Shown: in pieces, positions 1-14,013 of the stretch
How positions within the stretch are numbered: the first letter of the stretch is position 1
Layout: each line of letters starts with the position of its first letter
Source: Octopus sinensis
Lineage: Eukaryota
DNA length: 64,000 bases
NCBI RefSeq assembly: GCF_006345805.1
Contig: NC_043012.1
Location: forward strand, 28,458,001-28,522,000
Direction of reading: 5' to 3'
Made by a program: the position numbers and the translations under genes
The notes under the pieces: generated by a model
Told to the model about the DNA's origin: nothing
Databases searched by the model: none
The model's input: only the letters and a program-made list of their open reading frames with translations

Positions 1-317
1 ATACAAAAGCATAGAAAATCGCGAAATTAGAAGCGTCGCTTACTGTCGAAGATGTCTTGGTATCAACATGTTCTGTTTTCTCTAATGCTTTTAGATTCCC
101 ACCTTGTTGCGAGCAGATAGAAATATTAACTAGGTCCATCCACCCTTGATACAGCGGGACATCCAAGAAGTAAGGGCTGCACTAGTACTGGACCGGCATG
201 TTATTTATTCGACCCTGAATGAACGAAATGCAAATTTGTCTTCGGTGAGATTTGAAATCAGAGAGCAAATGCCCGGAATAAATACTGCAATCTGCTTGAA
301 TCCTACTGTCTTCAAAG

Positions 318-452
318 ACAAGAAAAAAAGAAGAGAGAGGGGAAGAAGGAGAGAGAAAGAGAGAGAAAGAGGGAGAGAGAAAGAGAGAGAGAAAGAGGGA
401 GAGAGAAAGAGAGAGAAAGAGGGAGAGAGAAAGAAGGCGAGAAAGAGAGAGA
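318..452. repeat. Purine-rich (GA/GAGAAA)n low-complexity tract
   Basis: Visible tandem GAGAGAAA units; explains the RE/KE-rich and SL-rich ORFs 146..475 and 182..502. Confidence 0.9.
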
Positions 453-899
453 GTATAATTGGAGAATACAGTTAATAATGTATAAAGTGACGGGTTGAGC
501 AAGTCTATCTATTTTTTATCCTAGGTTTTGTCGATCAGGGCTGACTTGGTACTAAACAATAACATTTTTCTTGCACTCCTAAATCAACGAATAAACAAAT
601 ATATTACAGCACACTGAACACCACACTCACATCTACAGAACCAGTATGGTTCGACAAATGCAAAACGGAAAGCATACACTCTTTTTCTCTGTCTTTCTTC
701 CTCTCTTTCTCTCTCTCTTTCTTTCCTTCCTTCTTTCTTTCTTTCTTTCTTCCTTTTTCTTTCTCTCATATTCATACACACACACAGCTCCTAAATAGTT
801 TTCTCGTTCATTCATTTAATATATTGACAAAAACATACAAGGTGGCCAATCAGAGTTGATCTAGAACTAAACTACAAGGCACATATGTGTTTGCGCCCA

Positions 900-1006
900 T
901 GCGCATACGTGCAGGCAAATACGCTCATGCACACGCACGCACGCACTCACATACACGCACACACACACTCGTACATATATACATATACGTGTGTAATGTG
1001 TGTGTG

Positions 1007-1098
<92 letters not shown>

Positions 1099-1100
1099 AT
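900..1100. repeat. Compound microsatellite (CA)n/(TA)n/(TG)n
   Basis: Directly visible; representative of dozens of similar tracts across the window. Confidence 0.95.
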
Positions 1101-1339
1101 ATCCATGTATAAACTGTTTGAAATGGTGTACAAGTTTTATATATTAAGAAAAAGAAAGTCGTCAGAATTTGGATAAAAATTATTTATTTAACGCTCTCAT
1201 CCCGTTCAGGGTTTCATCATGAACATACTATTTATATATGCGTAAGTTAGCTGAAAAAATTTGGAAGTGATTATTTGAGATATTCTTTGCTATTTTGAAA
1301 GTATATGTGTGTGTCTATATGTGTACGAGGTAGTATCAA

Positions 1340-2527
1340 AATGACACGTTGGAAGCATATGCCAATTAGTGAAGGTGGGTAGTCCCTGGTGATGAGTGTA
1401 TCCTTTAGTTTATGTTGTCGTGTGTCTCTGGTGCTTGCATTAGAAACTATAGTACATATCCTTTTTGTTAGGTTGAAGGGGATATTTATTCTCGTGTGTC
1501 TGGGGTGGCATGAGTTGAACGGTAAATATTGCTTGGAATCCGTGGGCTTATAGTATACATCTGTTTCTATTACGTTGTTAGATTTCTTAATGAGGATGTC
1601 GAGGAAGGGAAGTTGTTGATAACAATATTCCATCGTGAATTTAATGTTTACGTCAAGTCCATTTATAAGTGCTTGGAATTCTTTAGGTCTCTCTATACTT
1701 TCATGTCAAAGAATGAAACAGTCATCCAGGTAACTCTTTCAGGAACTACGCACCTTCACTAATTGATACATGCTTTCAACGTGCCCTACAACTCAACATC
1801 CACGAACTCAGACATCCCAAATTAAAGAAGTATTTACAACCAAAAGCCCTACCATACCACACACAACCCTCTTAACAATGAAGTCTTCGACACCATCCTT
1901 CAAAACATTCCTCTGCTAAAAAGGACCACAGAATGAACTTAACCCTCCAAACACACACCTTCATAAAAAGCAAGAGATAGCCCAAATCTATGAAAAGTCT
2001 CCTAACACAAGCCCAAATACGCTCAATAACACTGAAGCCGTCAGTAAAATAATGCGGGAGACCTAACTGTGGGATATGTGTAAATTTAATTGAGGGATCA
2101 GAGTTCTCCTTCAAACAGGGACAACGTTTCACAGTGAAAAGCAGCTTCACATGTGCTTCGGAGAACCTGAGAAATACAAGAGCAATACATAGGCCAAACA
2201 AAAAACAGTCTACGTCAAAGGATGGCTCTGCACAGATCCTAGATCAAAATTCCCAAATACAGGAAAAAAGCATTCAGCCAACACATCGACATTTGCGCCA
2301 ATAACAAAAATCCAAACTTCAAAAATGTTCCCCTTTCAATTCAGGGACGATGCAACCTGTAGCCAACAAATTAGTAAAGAGACTCTCTTTATTACAAAGT
2401 GCAGACCCCTTTTGAACGCATCTACAAGAAACGACATATCCACCTAGCAAATATTAAAAATGATTCATTCAAGAGATACCCAAGAATTCATTAAAAACCA
2501 GTCCCAATCACTGTTATAATCCCTGCT
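1340..2527. mobile_element. Penelope-like element fragment (Neptune-like), internally inverted: RT C-terminus on minus (1740->1340), linker + GIY-YIG on plus (1741->2527)
   Basis: Minus: SYLDDCFIL*...KFTMEY...LPFLDILI...TDVYYKPTDSKQYLPFNSCHPRH. Plus: CFQRAL...CGRPNCGIC...FTCASENL...QEQYIGQTKNSLRQR. These are PLE RT and GIY-YIG motifs, with stops and frameshifts. Confidence 0.85.
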
Positions 2528-2528
2528 A

Positions 2529-2591
<63 letters not shown>

Positions 2592-2648
2592 TTATATATT
2601 ATCTTAAAATAATTTGTTTTGCGAGTGTGTGTGTATGTATGTTTGTGT

Positions 2649-2681
<33 letters not shown>

Positions 2682-3555
2682 AACGAGGGACGTTATTTTA
2701 TAGGCCAACAATTCTTAGTAGGACATTGATTAGAAGACAATGGTTAGAATTTTATTTAGTCTTCCTTTAACCCATATATGGGAATGAACGTAGGGTTGTA
2801 CACCATACTTGCTAGAAAGATTTTCGCACTCTCAACTGCTAAGTTTCAGCGCGCAAGTTAAAAGTCTAATTAAATTTTACCTGGTGCAAGTTGCAACTGA
2901 AGACCTCGGCAGTACGACAATGCATCCTTTAAAAAAAGCATCGTTAAAAAAAAAACTATTTTGACGGCGTATATTTTAAAATCTTTATGTCTTCTATTAA
3001 TAAGAAATTATTCAAAAGCTGTGTGTCCAAGCAGCTTTAGCGCTTTATTCAGTACAAAGCACTTTTTTTGAATAAGCACTGCCATTGAACATAGCCAATG
3101 TCTGTTAATTTCAGCTACGGCTCTTTGCTTTATTGACTATTGACCGACAACAATTTCTTACTGCTAATGTGGAAAAAAACTATTACCTCTAGCAGCCCAG
3201 TCCAGTCCAGTCCAGTCCAGTCCAGTTCAGTCCAGTTCAGTCAAACGAGAATATGCAAGAAACTCGGTGTGTGTGTGTGAGTGTGTGCGGTATACTTAAC
3301 CGATGAGACATGATAATGTAGGTGATTGTTATTATTATTGCTTTCAAACCACCACAGCTGTCTTACTTCACCTGCCGCCTTGAAAAGCAATTAAAACTGA
3401 ACTGCTCGTTCACCACTATCCATTACATCTACAGGCGTCGCATAGGCCAACGAAACAGCTTGAACATTTTCGCTATATTATCAACAAGTTACCAAGATGG
3501 GACATCGTACGACTAATTGACGCTAATCGATAATACATACATAATACATATATAC

Positions 3556-3604
<49 letters not shown>

Positions 3605-4119
3605 CATATAGGTTACAGTTTATGTGAATATATTTATACACGCATATATACATACGTATAAGCATACACAAAAATACCTATATTTATATATAGAGAGATA
3701 GATAGTTCTTATATATATATATGTATGTATGAGTTGTATATGTATGTATATATATGTATGCATATATTTCAGTCAGATATATTATTCGTAAGCATTACAT
3801 TTTTGAAGTTGAAGATCGACAATCCAACTTCAGCCGGCAAAGAGAACCACAGTCACAGGAAAATGTAGTACAACCTCGGACGCTTACTAAACCTATCGCA
3901 ATTACTCGTGGCGACATGTGAAAATGATTACTTAACAATTCATCTTATTGTTTCCCATTTTTTTGCTGCTGCAACAGACAGTGAGTGTCTTAATAGATTG
4001 GGAATAAACAAATGTTCCCACAAAACGGAAAAAGAATAACAAAGCATAATCGATAAGGAAAAAGGTGTATGTATCACAGCATTTGAATTCCCCAATCCAA
4101 GAGTGTATTCTAGTCTCAT

Positions 4120-4228
4120 TTGGTAAAAACTTGTGTTTCGGTAGCTGTGGCGAATGCAGTTATGGAGATTCTGCACAAATCGCAATGGCCTATAGAGCGC
4201 CTTTTACCAAAAGAGGAAATCTTGGAAG
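4120..4228 (+). CDS. Candidate first coding exon of TRIM paralog A
   Basis: Reads (L)VKTCVSVAVANAVMEILHKSQWPIERLLPKEEILE, first in-frame ATG at 4162. Ends at phase-1 donor GAAG|GTAATG, compatible with the phase-1 acceptor at 20420/20421. NAV-x2-I-x5-WP is colinear with the candidate exon at 34277. Confidence 0.45.
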
Positions 4229-5151
4229 GTAATGTTTGCTTTATAAGATTTATGATTACTTGGAAATCTAACCGTATCAACTATATCACACATACACACA
4301 GACACAAACACCACACAGATATTCACTCATGTACAAACATAACAACACACAGTATATTTATACAAAGGCACATATATTGAAAAAAACAAGACAAAAAAGA
4401 AATCGTAAAACTCCTCTTCTTGGTATGTGTAATTGCAAATACGCCTATAGATAGAATGCTTGTATATATACGTATATGTATGTATGCCTATGTATGCGTG
4501 TGTACGTGTATGTACATGTATCTATGAATATATACATATATATACACATATATACATACACACGCACACATTCAGACACATTATTTCATACAAACATGCA
4601 TACATACGCACTCATACATGCGCGCGTACACGCACATACACACACATACGTACGTATGTATGTATGTATGTATGTATGTATGTATGTATGTATGTATGTA
4701 TGTATGTATGTATGTATGTTTTTTATCTGTATGTGTGTGTACATGTTAGCGGGTTGGAAAATAACACGAATTTATACACTTCGAGCATGAAAAAACATCG
4801 AGTATTTTATTTTTATGTATACCTGAAAACACACACACACACACAAACGTGCATTCACAACATAGATATACATTCCATTCACACACATATACGTACGCAT
4901 ACATATACACCGAAACACACAAGTGGTATATGTACACATTCTGTAACGCACTCTCTTCTTCCTTCCTTCACTCCTCCTCTCCCTCTCTGTCTATCTATCT
5001 GTCTGTCTGTTCTCTGCCTCTCTCTCTCTCGTTCACTCTATCTGATACCCAATTCTTGCTCCAGTCTAACCGCACAGGCACACAATAATTGCCTTTTTAA
5101 AAATTCTCACACATCAATATGCAGCCTCAACTGAGATCTATCCCCTATCTC

Positions 5152-5191
<40 letters not shown>

Positions 5192-5734
5192 TATCATGAA
5201 TACACATACATTCACAGGCACACATACTCACTCTCCTATAGATATGTACGCACGCACAGTCACACGTACGTATACACACACAGCACACCAAATATAAACT
5301 GCAATATGTATAAACATGCTCACACACACACACGCACACACACACACACACACCACACACACACACACACACACACGCACGCGCGCGCGTAAGAGCGCAC
5401 ACCTGAAGGACTGCCCCAGAGCTTTATTTTCTGTGTAGCACATTTGAAGTGAAGGCGAGATTTTAATTCGTTAGATTTATACAAGCATAGTCAGTGTTTA
5501 AGAAGATAGCATTGCAAGCGCGCGGTTCTGAGTTCGATCACACTACGCGTCAATTTAGGGAATATTCTTCTTATCACAGCATCCGGTTGGCCAATATGTT
5601 GATAGAGAAAAACTGTTTGAGATCGATATAGGCATGTCTAAAGGGTAGTTGTCTCCGCTCGACTTTGTTACTATGTAACTTTCTGAAAAATGCAATTTTT
5701 TAAAAATAAGATAACTTTTGTTTAGTCATAAGCG

Positions 5735-6100
5735 CAGTCCTGGTTGTGTGGTAAGAAGCTTACTTACACATTGTTCTAGGTTCAGTTCCATTGCGTGGCA
5801 GCTTGGACAAGTGTCTTCTATTGTAGCTTCAGGCCGACTAAGGCCTTGTGAGTGGATTTGGTAGACGGAAACTAAAAAAAGCTTATCATGTGTGTATGTG
5901 TGTGTATCTGTGTATATGCATATACATACATGCATTACACACACACATACACACACATATATATATATTATACATACATACATCTCTCTTAGTGTTTCAG
6001 CAAAAGAGGCCGATAAATTAAGTAACAAGCTCAAAATAAACTAGTGAGGTCGATTTGTTCGACTAAAATTCAAGTGGATGCCCCGCGAAAGTAAAGTACA
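5735..6100 (+). mobile_element. tRNA-derived SINE (family with internal TG/TA microsatellite), diverged
   Basis: GGTTGTGTGGTAAGAAGCTT...GGTTCAGTTCCATTGCGTGGCA...GGATTTGGTAGACGGAAACT matches the copies at 18270-18719 and 49830-50190. Confidence 0.8.
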
Positions 6101-6169
6101 AAAGTATACCCGAGGTATATTCGACGAAATCAATTTCTTTTCACTAGAAATTCTAAATCCAATGAAGTC

Positions 6170-7300
6170 AGGTTCGTTATCTTCACCGTCATGAAATATT
6201 AAGTTTAGCCACAATTCATGCTATTCGCTATGCAATGTACTTTTTTCGACCTTATTCCACGAAAAAAACAAATCACCATACTTCTTCCTTTAAATTATGT
6301 TATGAAATCCCTAATATTTAGTGCAGTCATGAACAGTGCATGAACTCTAATCTGTATTTAAGCAACAAGGCTGACTCACAGAGGTGTAGTTAAGAGGGTG
6401 GAATTGACCAAAAACAGTCTTTTATTGAAAGTTCTGCCTGGGTTGTCCCCAAACCTTATCCCAAGTCAAAAATATTATATTTGAATCGAGGCAAATAGAA
6501 TTATAGGCTGCTCTAGCGTTAAGCACGACGTAATTTTCATAATTTCAAAATACTTTCAAAAATTTTTAAATAAGTGCTTAGTGATTCTCTTTTTATTACC
6601 TTAATAGGTAAATCGAAAGTTTTTCACCCCTTTAAATGCTTTTGGGTTAGTACTCTTACCAATTGCTATCAGCTTGGTTTTGTGTATCGTTGCAGCATTT
6701 GTGGAGCTAAGAATTGCTGTCCTGTCTTTGGAATCCTTACTCTCATACTGACACGCCTCCAAATCTTAGGCTAGGATTTTTCTTGCTATACACGACTCAT
6801 ACAAGGCAAATTCGTCAATGTTAATTTATATCTAATATACGATTCTGCTGGAGTTTTTGTGAAAATTTATCCTTAAGCTGCCGTTGTTCGCTTGTCAGCA
6901 CTGCGCTTTCCATCCCAGTAATAAAATTCCATGTTTTCTTTAAACATGCTTCATCGTCCTTGACAATATTTCAGAGTCATAGCTTTAGTTCTCTATGAAA
7001 AATTTTGGTCTGCTCGAAAAGCATTTCCCCATGATCAAAACCACATTTGAAAAGCACTAATTTAATACTCTAGGCATCTTTCAAAGTTTGTCTATTCGTT
7101 AAACTTTTGTGGGTTTCAATTCTAAAAGAAAACTTTAAAATTAGCTCCTTCTGCTTAAAAAAATATCATTCAGAGCATCTGACCGGCCCATATTATACAA
7201 ACAATTTAGAAAAGTTCTTTCTATATTTTTTTTATCCACCTTATTAATCAATGTAATGTTTTATGAGTACTCTTATTAGCATTAGCAACACCTGTTCCGT
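6170..7300 (-). mobile_element. Decayed pogo/Tigger-like (CENP-B family) DDE transposase relic
   Basis: Minus-strand translation gives GEMLFEQTKIFHREL, NIDEFALY (N.DETGLY-like), DSKDRTAILSSTNAATIHKTKLIAIGKSTNPKAFKGVKN and FLVNSTLLTTPL (FLP.N.TS..QP-like); many stops. Confidence 0.7.
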
Positions 7301-7504
7301 TTATTCTCTTAAATAACATCCTTTGGATCGAATGTACTATAAGAGCACTATATCATCAAAACATGGATACGAAGTGAATAAAGCTCGGCTCCTTAGTACC
7401 GCTGATAGTGCCGCACTGGTGGCAGATAAATTAATGACGGCAGATTCAAAACACGGTGGGACATAGAAGTTATAGAGCCACAGGATCTTCTGTATGTTAC
7501 CTTT

Positions 7505-8405
7505 CTCGTTTCTCTGTTATTTTTTTTCGTTGTTCGAAAAAAAGTACGTTCTCTGTGTTTTTGTTTTTTATGTTTTCGCTTCTCATTGTGTCTACGTTTT
7601 TTTGAAGTCCTGTAAGCATATATGTATGTATATATACATATATATGTAGGTATGTACATATATGTATGTATATATGCATATATTTATATATTATTTATCT
7701 TATTATATGATCGAACGCCACGATTAAGTTTTATCTTAATAATTACGATGCGCACTCTTGTTCTATCTCTTCTCTGTCTATCTATCCCCCTCTCTTCTTC
7801 CTTTCTGTTTTTCTCTCCCACCCATTCCTTATTCTTCTCCTCTCCCCTTCACCGTTCCCCCCTCTCTCTCAGCCTTCCTCCTTGACTCTCTCGTTGCTCA
7901 CCCGTGACGAAAGGCCCTCCATCTTTCTTTCTTCCCCTTCCTTCCTAAAGATAAGACGTACTTTTATCTATCTCTTCTCAAAGCTCGTTTTTCCAGCGTT
8001 CATAACTTCACATCATCTTGGCTTAACAGCTCTCACCGTTTGTTTTAACTGTTTTGTTCTCACTGTCCTGTTTTTGTTACCAGTTTCACCTTCCGCAAAA
8101 CATCCCAAATTTTATTTAATTTGCTTTTTAACGAAGTCGCGTATTGTCCTTACCTTCAAACGCGGAGTATATAAAACAGGGGACAACTGATGAAGGGAAT
8201 GTTCTTTATGTTGCATGTCTCGTTTCTCTGTTTGTTTTTTCGTTGTTCGTAAAAAAGATATTTTTCTGTGTTTTTGTTTTTATGTTTTCATTTCTCATTG
8301 TGTCAACGTTTTTTTATATCATGTACCCATATATGCATGTATATATACATATATATGTAGGTATGTACATATATGTATGTATATATGCATATATTTATAT
8401 ATTAT

Positions 8406-8409
<4 letters not shown>
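7505..8409. repeat. Pair of ~190-bp direct repeats (7505-7698 and 8219-8409) flanking a ~520-bp pyrimidine-rich segment
   Basis: Both start CTCGTTTCTCTG...TTTTTTCGTTGTTCG and end with an identical ~70-bp TATATATACATATATATGTAGGTATGTACAT...ATTATTTAT. Confidence 0.85.
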
Positions 8410-8445
<36 letters not shown>

Positions 8446-9369
8446 ATTGCTTGTGGTGGCGATATCTTTTCCAAACGAGGACATTTGAAATAGTAACCAC
8501 GAGTGTAATGGGTAGAACTGTTTACAGGTCTGAATTTGTGCGGACATACTAGTATGCAGTCCTGCAAATTATATTCATCTGGACGATCACACCGATGATC
8601 TACAGACATTCATTTAAGTAAAATTACGTAATATGTCAATAGTGAAACATGTATGCGAATAATCCATATTTTGATTGCATTTTCGTTTGTCTTGCTCGAT
8701 TACGTTTTGGTTGTTTTTGCTAAATGTTTCTTGAGAACATTTCTTAGTGGTAAGACCATAGCGGATCAATTTCTAGCATAAGGATGTCCACATAGTGGTT
8801 TCCCTCTAATATGTATATATATACATATGGAGTGTGGGCGTGATCGCGCGTGTGTATTGTGAAGGTCAGTATGACTTTACTCACAGTATAGAATTAGCCC
8901 ATTAGAAAATGTTCCGTTGTTATTCTTAAACTTAGATAAAATTAATACACATATTTTAACACTACATACTTATATCATCATCTCGTCGTCGTCGTCCTCT
9001 TCCTCCTCCTCCTCATCATAATCATCATCGTCGTCGTCGTCGTCATCGTAGTCGTCCTCAACAACAACAACATCATCATTGTATTAACGACTTTTCTATG
9101 CTTGTCTATGGAGAAATAAGAATACTTATTATACACATACACATTCACACATACACACATAGATACATACATACATACGTACGTACGTACATACATACAT
9201 ACATACATACGCACATACATACATACATACATACATACATACATGCATACATACATATATACATACATACATATATACATACATACATACATACATATAT
9301 ACATACATACATATATACATGCAAATCGTAAAGAAGTAAGAATGGCCTGCTCAAAACAACGCTTTTCAG

Positions 9370-9960
9370 AATATTGGTTATTTATTTATCAATGCAGAAT
9401 GGATTACATAATTTAAGAGTCTTTTAAGACGCACTGCTTGTCTTCAGCTGTTCCTAATTTGTGATTCATTATTTTTTTGAGATATTTTGGCTGGTAGAAT
9501 ATTGGAAAGTATCGTTTGGCTGGATATAATGACTTATCATTTCTAAGATTATGGGTGGCTATAAATGGATTACTTATGCTTTTCTTTCTGTCTTCGCCCT
9601 CGTTGTAAATGCTTTCCGTATGACAGAGATTTGTATGCCTTCACCATTGTTATGGCAAGATTTACTGAGTTTTTAAAGTAACATTTTTTCTATCTCTTGC
9701 TCTCCAGATTGCTCTTTGTTTCCAGACACTCCTGGGATACATCTTTCTGGACTAACATACCTAGGTTCTTATTACCTGTGAGGTATTTCTTTTACCATGC
9801 TACCATAACAGAATATTTCCCTTCAACATTCAGCAGTGATATTGTCCTGAACTGAGTGTATATCCCCCGCCCCCCAACTATCATGTAATAGTTGCTGATC
9901 TTCAGGTTCCACCATGCTGATCTTTACAGCTTTTGGAGATACTTAAGGACACTGGGACTT
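9370..9960 (-). mobile_element. Highly decayed CR1/L2-like LINE fragment
   Basis: Minus strand KNLGMLVQKDVS...MVKAYKSL resembles the CR1 RT C-terminal DLGV.V..DLS...LYK motif; weak match. Confidence 0.35.
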
Positions 9961-10109
9961 TTTTTTATACAGAAGATAAGGAATTCTGTTTGGCTCAAGT
10001 AATGATTTAGGTCTGGCTATCTGAATTATTTTACTTCTTCCAGTATTGGTGGTTGTTATTGAACATTTCTGTGTCCTTCGAAGAGAGTGGGGCACACACA
10101 CACACACAC

Positions 10110-10220
<111 letters not shown>

Positions 10221-11399
10221 ACATACTAGAACGTGTGTATTTCTTTAATCACAGCGGTATTTATTTCTAGATTCGAAGAAAATTTCGAAGCTCGAAAGAG
10301 ATACATTTCATCTTATAGATGTCATCAATTGAATAAACAGTCTTGGCTGTGTGATTAAGCGGTTCACTTCCCAACCACATAGTTTCGTGTTCAATTTTCT
10401 ACTATAGCGAAACTCTGGTCAAGCCATGTGTGTGGATTTGTTAGCGAGAAACTGGGGATCAAAAAGAACTTGGCAAATAAACTAAATTAAATTAGCACTT
10501 CTATGTAGACTAGGTTTCACAGTTTACCACAAAAGGATACATAAACATTCCAAATCATTAAACTGGTCAGTATAACAGTCCATTCGAAGTTAAATAGTTC
10601 TATAATGATCCCAGGCACCCTGTAAATCTCTCTGTCTTTCTCTGTAAATACACACACACACGCACATATATATAATATGAGGGAATATTATTCCAAACTT
10701 ACAGGGAAAAATTCAATTTAGAAATACTAAATCAATCTTCACAAAATATATATATATATATAAATTGGAAAAAACCCCACCTTTTATTAATTCAATAATG
10801 AAAAATTAAGTTATCCTATTTAGCAAAAATTACATATTATAGAAAGATAAAACATATAACAATGATTAAGTAATGTGCATGATAATAAATAAAATGTATA
10901 TATTTGGTAGAATAACGACACGTGTTTCGTGGCTATATTTAAGAAATGATAATAGTAAAAATAATAGTAGTAGTAGTAAAATCACTTCAATATAAATATA
11001 GCCACTCTTCAGGTTAAAGATAACAAATATATACGTTATTCTACCAAATATATACGTTTTATTTATTATTTTGCACATTACTTAACCATTGTTATATGCT
11101 TTATCTTATATTTAATCTTTTTAGAACATGTAATTTTTCTAATGGTATAATTTAATTTTTCATTATTGAATTGATAAAAGGTGTTTTTTTCTAATTTATA
11201 TATATATATATATCAATGTAATAATTACTGCATATTTGTTTGTGAAATGGAGTTAATGTAAAAAGATTCCAGCGAGCAAATAAGAATGGATATCTCAAAA
11301 CATCTCTACATGTGTTTCAATAACGTGTTTATATATTTATCAATATATAATGTTTCTATCTGTCCTTCTCAATAGAAAAGTAGGTAGAAGGAGTATGGT

Positions 11400-13450
11400 G
11401 TTGGCTTTCTGCCACTGGAATTCAGTAAGTATCACATCTGGTTTGTAGATACTGTGAAAAAGCGCAACGAAGGAGGGTGGAAAGTGGTGCCTGGTTAATG
11501 CTAAAATCATGGGTGGGCACGTACGTTCATATGTACGTTTGTAGGTGTGTGCGTGTTTGTATATAATAAGCTGGGTGTGGCAAGCGGCGTGCTAATCTCT
11601 CATGATGGTAAGAAATGCTGATTGGCAGAAACTTTAATGTTCATGATCATTGTGCAGTCTGCCTTTTATGTGGATAGGATTGGAAAATTTCGCTTTTACA
11701 GTTTAGGTAGGTATCCTATTGTTAACAAGATATGTGACGTTGCCTTTGCATGAGTATTTTATATCTGTCTCAGGTTGGGTCAACCTAATGAAATGTTCTT
11801 TATATAAGGTTTACAGCTAAATTAATCTCTTAAGTTATGTCTATTGAATATTATTCTGAATTGTTTGGGGAAAGTGTTTATCGGCAGTACGGAAAAATGT
11901 TTTATCCACACAAGTTTTAAGTTTAAGGAGAAACGGGTGCGAATCACAAAACTTTCCAGTGGCGTTTTCTCTTGGTGGATTATGTCCGAGCGTATAACTA
12001 ATTTTGTCTTTAAACTCGCTGACGGTTAGGGCATTGTTCAAGTGCAAAACTGTGTCATCGAAAATATCTTTACTCGAAGACAGGTTAGAGATTCTTCAGC
12101 TGATCTCTTTAACCAGACTCTTGAATACTGTGGCAGCATAACAAAAAGCTGTATTTATGTGACAGCCTCTCAATCGGTTTTCTAAAAGACTTATAAGCAC
12201 TAGTTGAGGAAATCAATCAACTTCAGGTTGGATATTACTGTGACCTTAACTCCAAGATAATTCAAGGTAGCTTTTATGTCTTTCCTAAACCTATTAATTG
12301 TGCGACTACTGATCCCTTATATTGCAAAAGCATACTCTCTATAGAGGTCAAAACTAGTAGAGGGGAACTTATTTAGTAAAACCATGATAAAAAAAAACAA
12401 TAAGGTTCCAATGAATCTTCTGTTACTAAAGAAGTGACAGCAAAAGTAGATGGTTCTTGGGAAATATTTTTTTCAAAGAAATTATCCAGAGTGATTTGCC
12501 GCGACCCATTCTTCTGGAAAGTTCAAAAGTGTTGCGGTATTGTATTAGAAAATCTTTTTATAACTGACTCAACATTCAGAAAGATAGAGTAATGTGATCT
12601 CACAATATCTGTGAATTCATGCAAGAAATCAAAATCATCAGCTCTTCTGGTTGCATGCTTTCATTTTGGTCTTTGTCAGTGTTCTGCATCGATCCAGCCT
12701 TTTCCCGATGTTTCTTAACTTTAGTCTCTTCCTGAATGTCATCGAAGGACAGTTTCTTTCTCTATTCCTCAATTATGTCCTCTTCATTCACATTCAGGCC
12801 GGTACACTTGTTCAAACATACAATCTACTCAACTACATCTCTGTCTCAAATATTTCAAACTTCTTGCACTTTGAAGAAAGCTCTCTCCATGATTTCCTTA
12901 TTAAATGGATAGCATTTATAATGATGCCCCGAACGTCTTTTAATGTCAAATAACCAGACGAAGTCGTTTCAAAACAGGTCCTGAACAAATAATTTGTTTG
13001 AAATAATTCCTATCACTTGCTAATCAATGGATTAGTATTGGAGTGGTAGGAAATAAAATGAAACACACACGTATTTGTTTCATGTGGTTTTAAAGGAGTG
13101 CTGAAACATTGTCTATAACAAGAAAAGCTATTTTTGAATGACCCTTCTCCTTGAGATAGTTACACTCAGTGAAAACACATAAATAAACCACGAAGTTAAT
13201 AGGTTTCTTGTAACTCAAGCTTCGTGTTGGAAGATTACTGAATACCAAACCTGTTATTGCTGAAGATCCTTGGGTTCTCTGACTGATAAAGCAAGAGTGG
13301 TTTCACTTTAAGACATTAGCGCAAGGAAGTAAGGTTAGTTTGTCCTTTACGGTATATATTAACAAAATCTGATCCTTTGCGTGATGCAAATCCACTCCCC
13401 CACCCATAAAATCTAATTTCCTTACAATTTAAAACCTGTTGAGACAGGAA
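11400..13450 (-). mobile_element. Highly decayed non-LTR retrotransposon relic
   Basis: Minus strand fragments TFQKNGS (QxxG.PQG-like) and LNYLGVKV (YLGV motif); no intact ORF, boundaries approximate. Confidence 0.3.
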
Positions 13451-13786
13451 TTATCCTTCTTTACACGTTCACAAAACTCGGCACTATTTTTCTGCAACAA
13501 CTCTAAGTTGCTAGCTTTTCTATGCAACGCTGTGAACAGCGGGACGTTCTTTTTAAAGATTTGCATCATCCCTTGCTGGTTTTAAATTTTACTGGACTAG
13601 ACTCACTAACGCTTATACTAGGTGCATCTCTCTCTAGTAGCTCGTAAAGAGATTTACCTTTCTCATAAATCACTTCACTCACTGAATCACTAGCTTGTTA
13701 TTTTTCTCTCAAGCATACTAGTAAAATATTTGCGTGACATTGTTATACAAGACACAAATATACCTACCGATATAGTTTTTTAGCTG

Positions 13787-14013
13787 GTGAGCTGGCAGAA
13801 ACGTTAGCACACTGGGCGAAATGCTTAGCGGTATTGCGTCTGTCGTTGCGTTCTGAGTTCAAATTCCGCCGAGGTCGACTTTGCCTTTCTTCCTTTCGGG
13901 GTCGATAAATTAAGTACCAGTTACGCACTGGGGTCGATGTAATCGACTTAATCCGTTTGTCTGTCCTTGTTTGTCCCCTATATGTTTAACCCCTTGTGGG
14001 CAATAAAGAAACA
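13787..14013 (+). mobile_element. tRNA-derived SINE (GGTGAGCTGGCAGAAACGTTAGCAC family) with 18-bp target-site duplication
   Basis: A/B-box-like head (GAGTTCAAATTCC); flanked by exact GATATAGTTTTTTAGCTG at 13769-13786 and 14014-14031. Confidence 0.9.

Noticed and set aside
13797-13806. GAAACGTT in SINE heads as half of a hammerhead
   Set aside because: It lies in the tRNA-derived A-box region with no upstream core.
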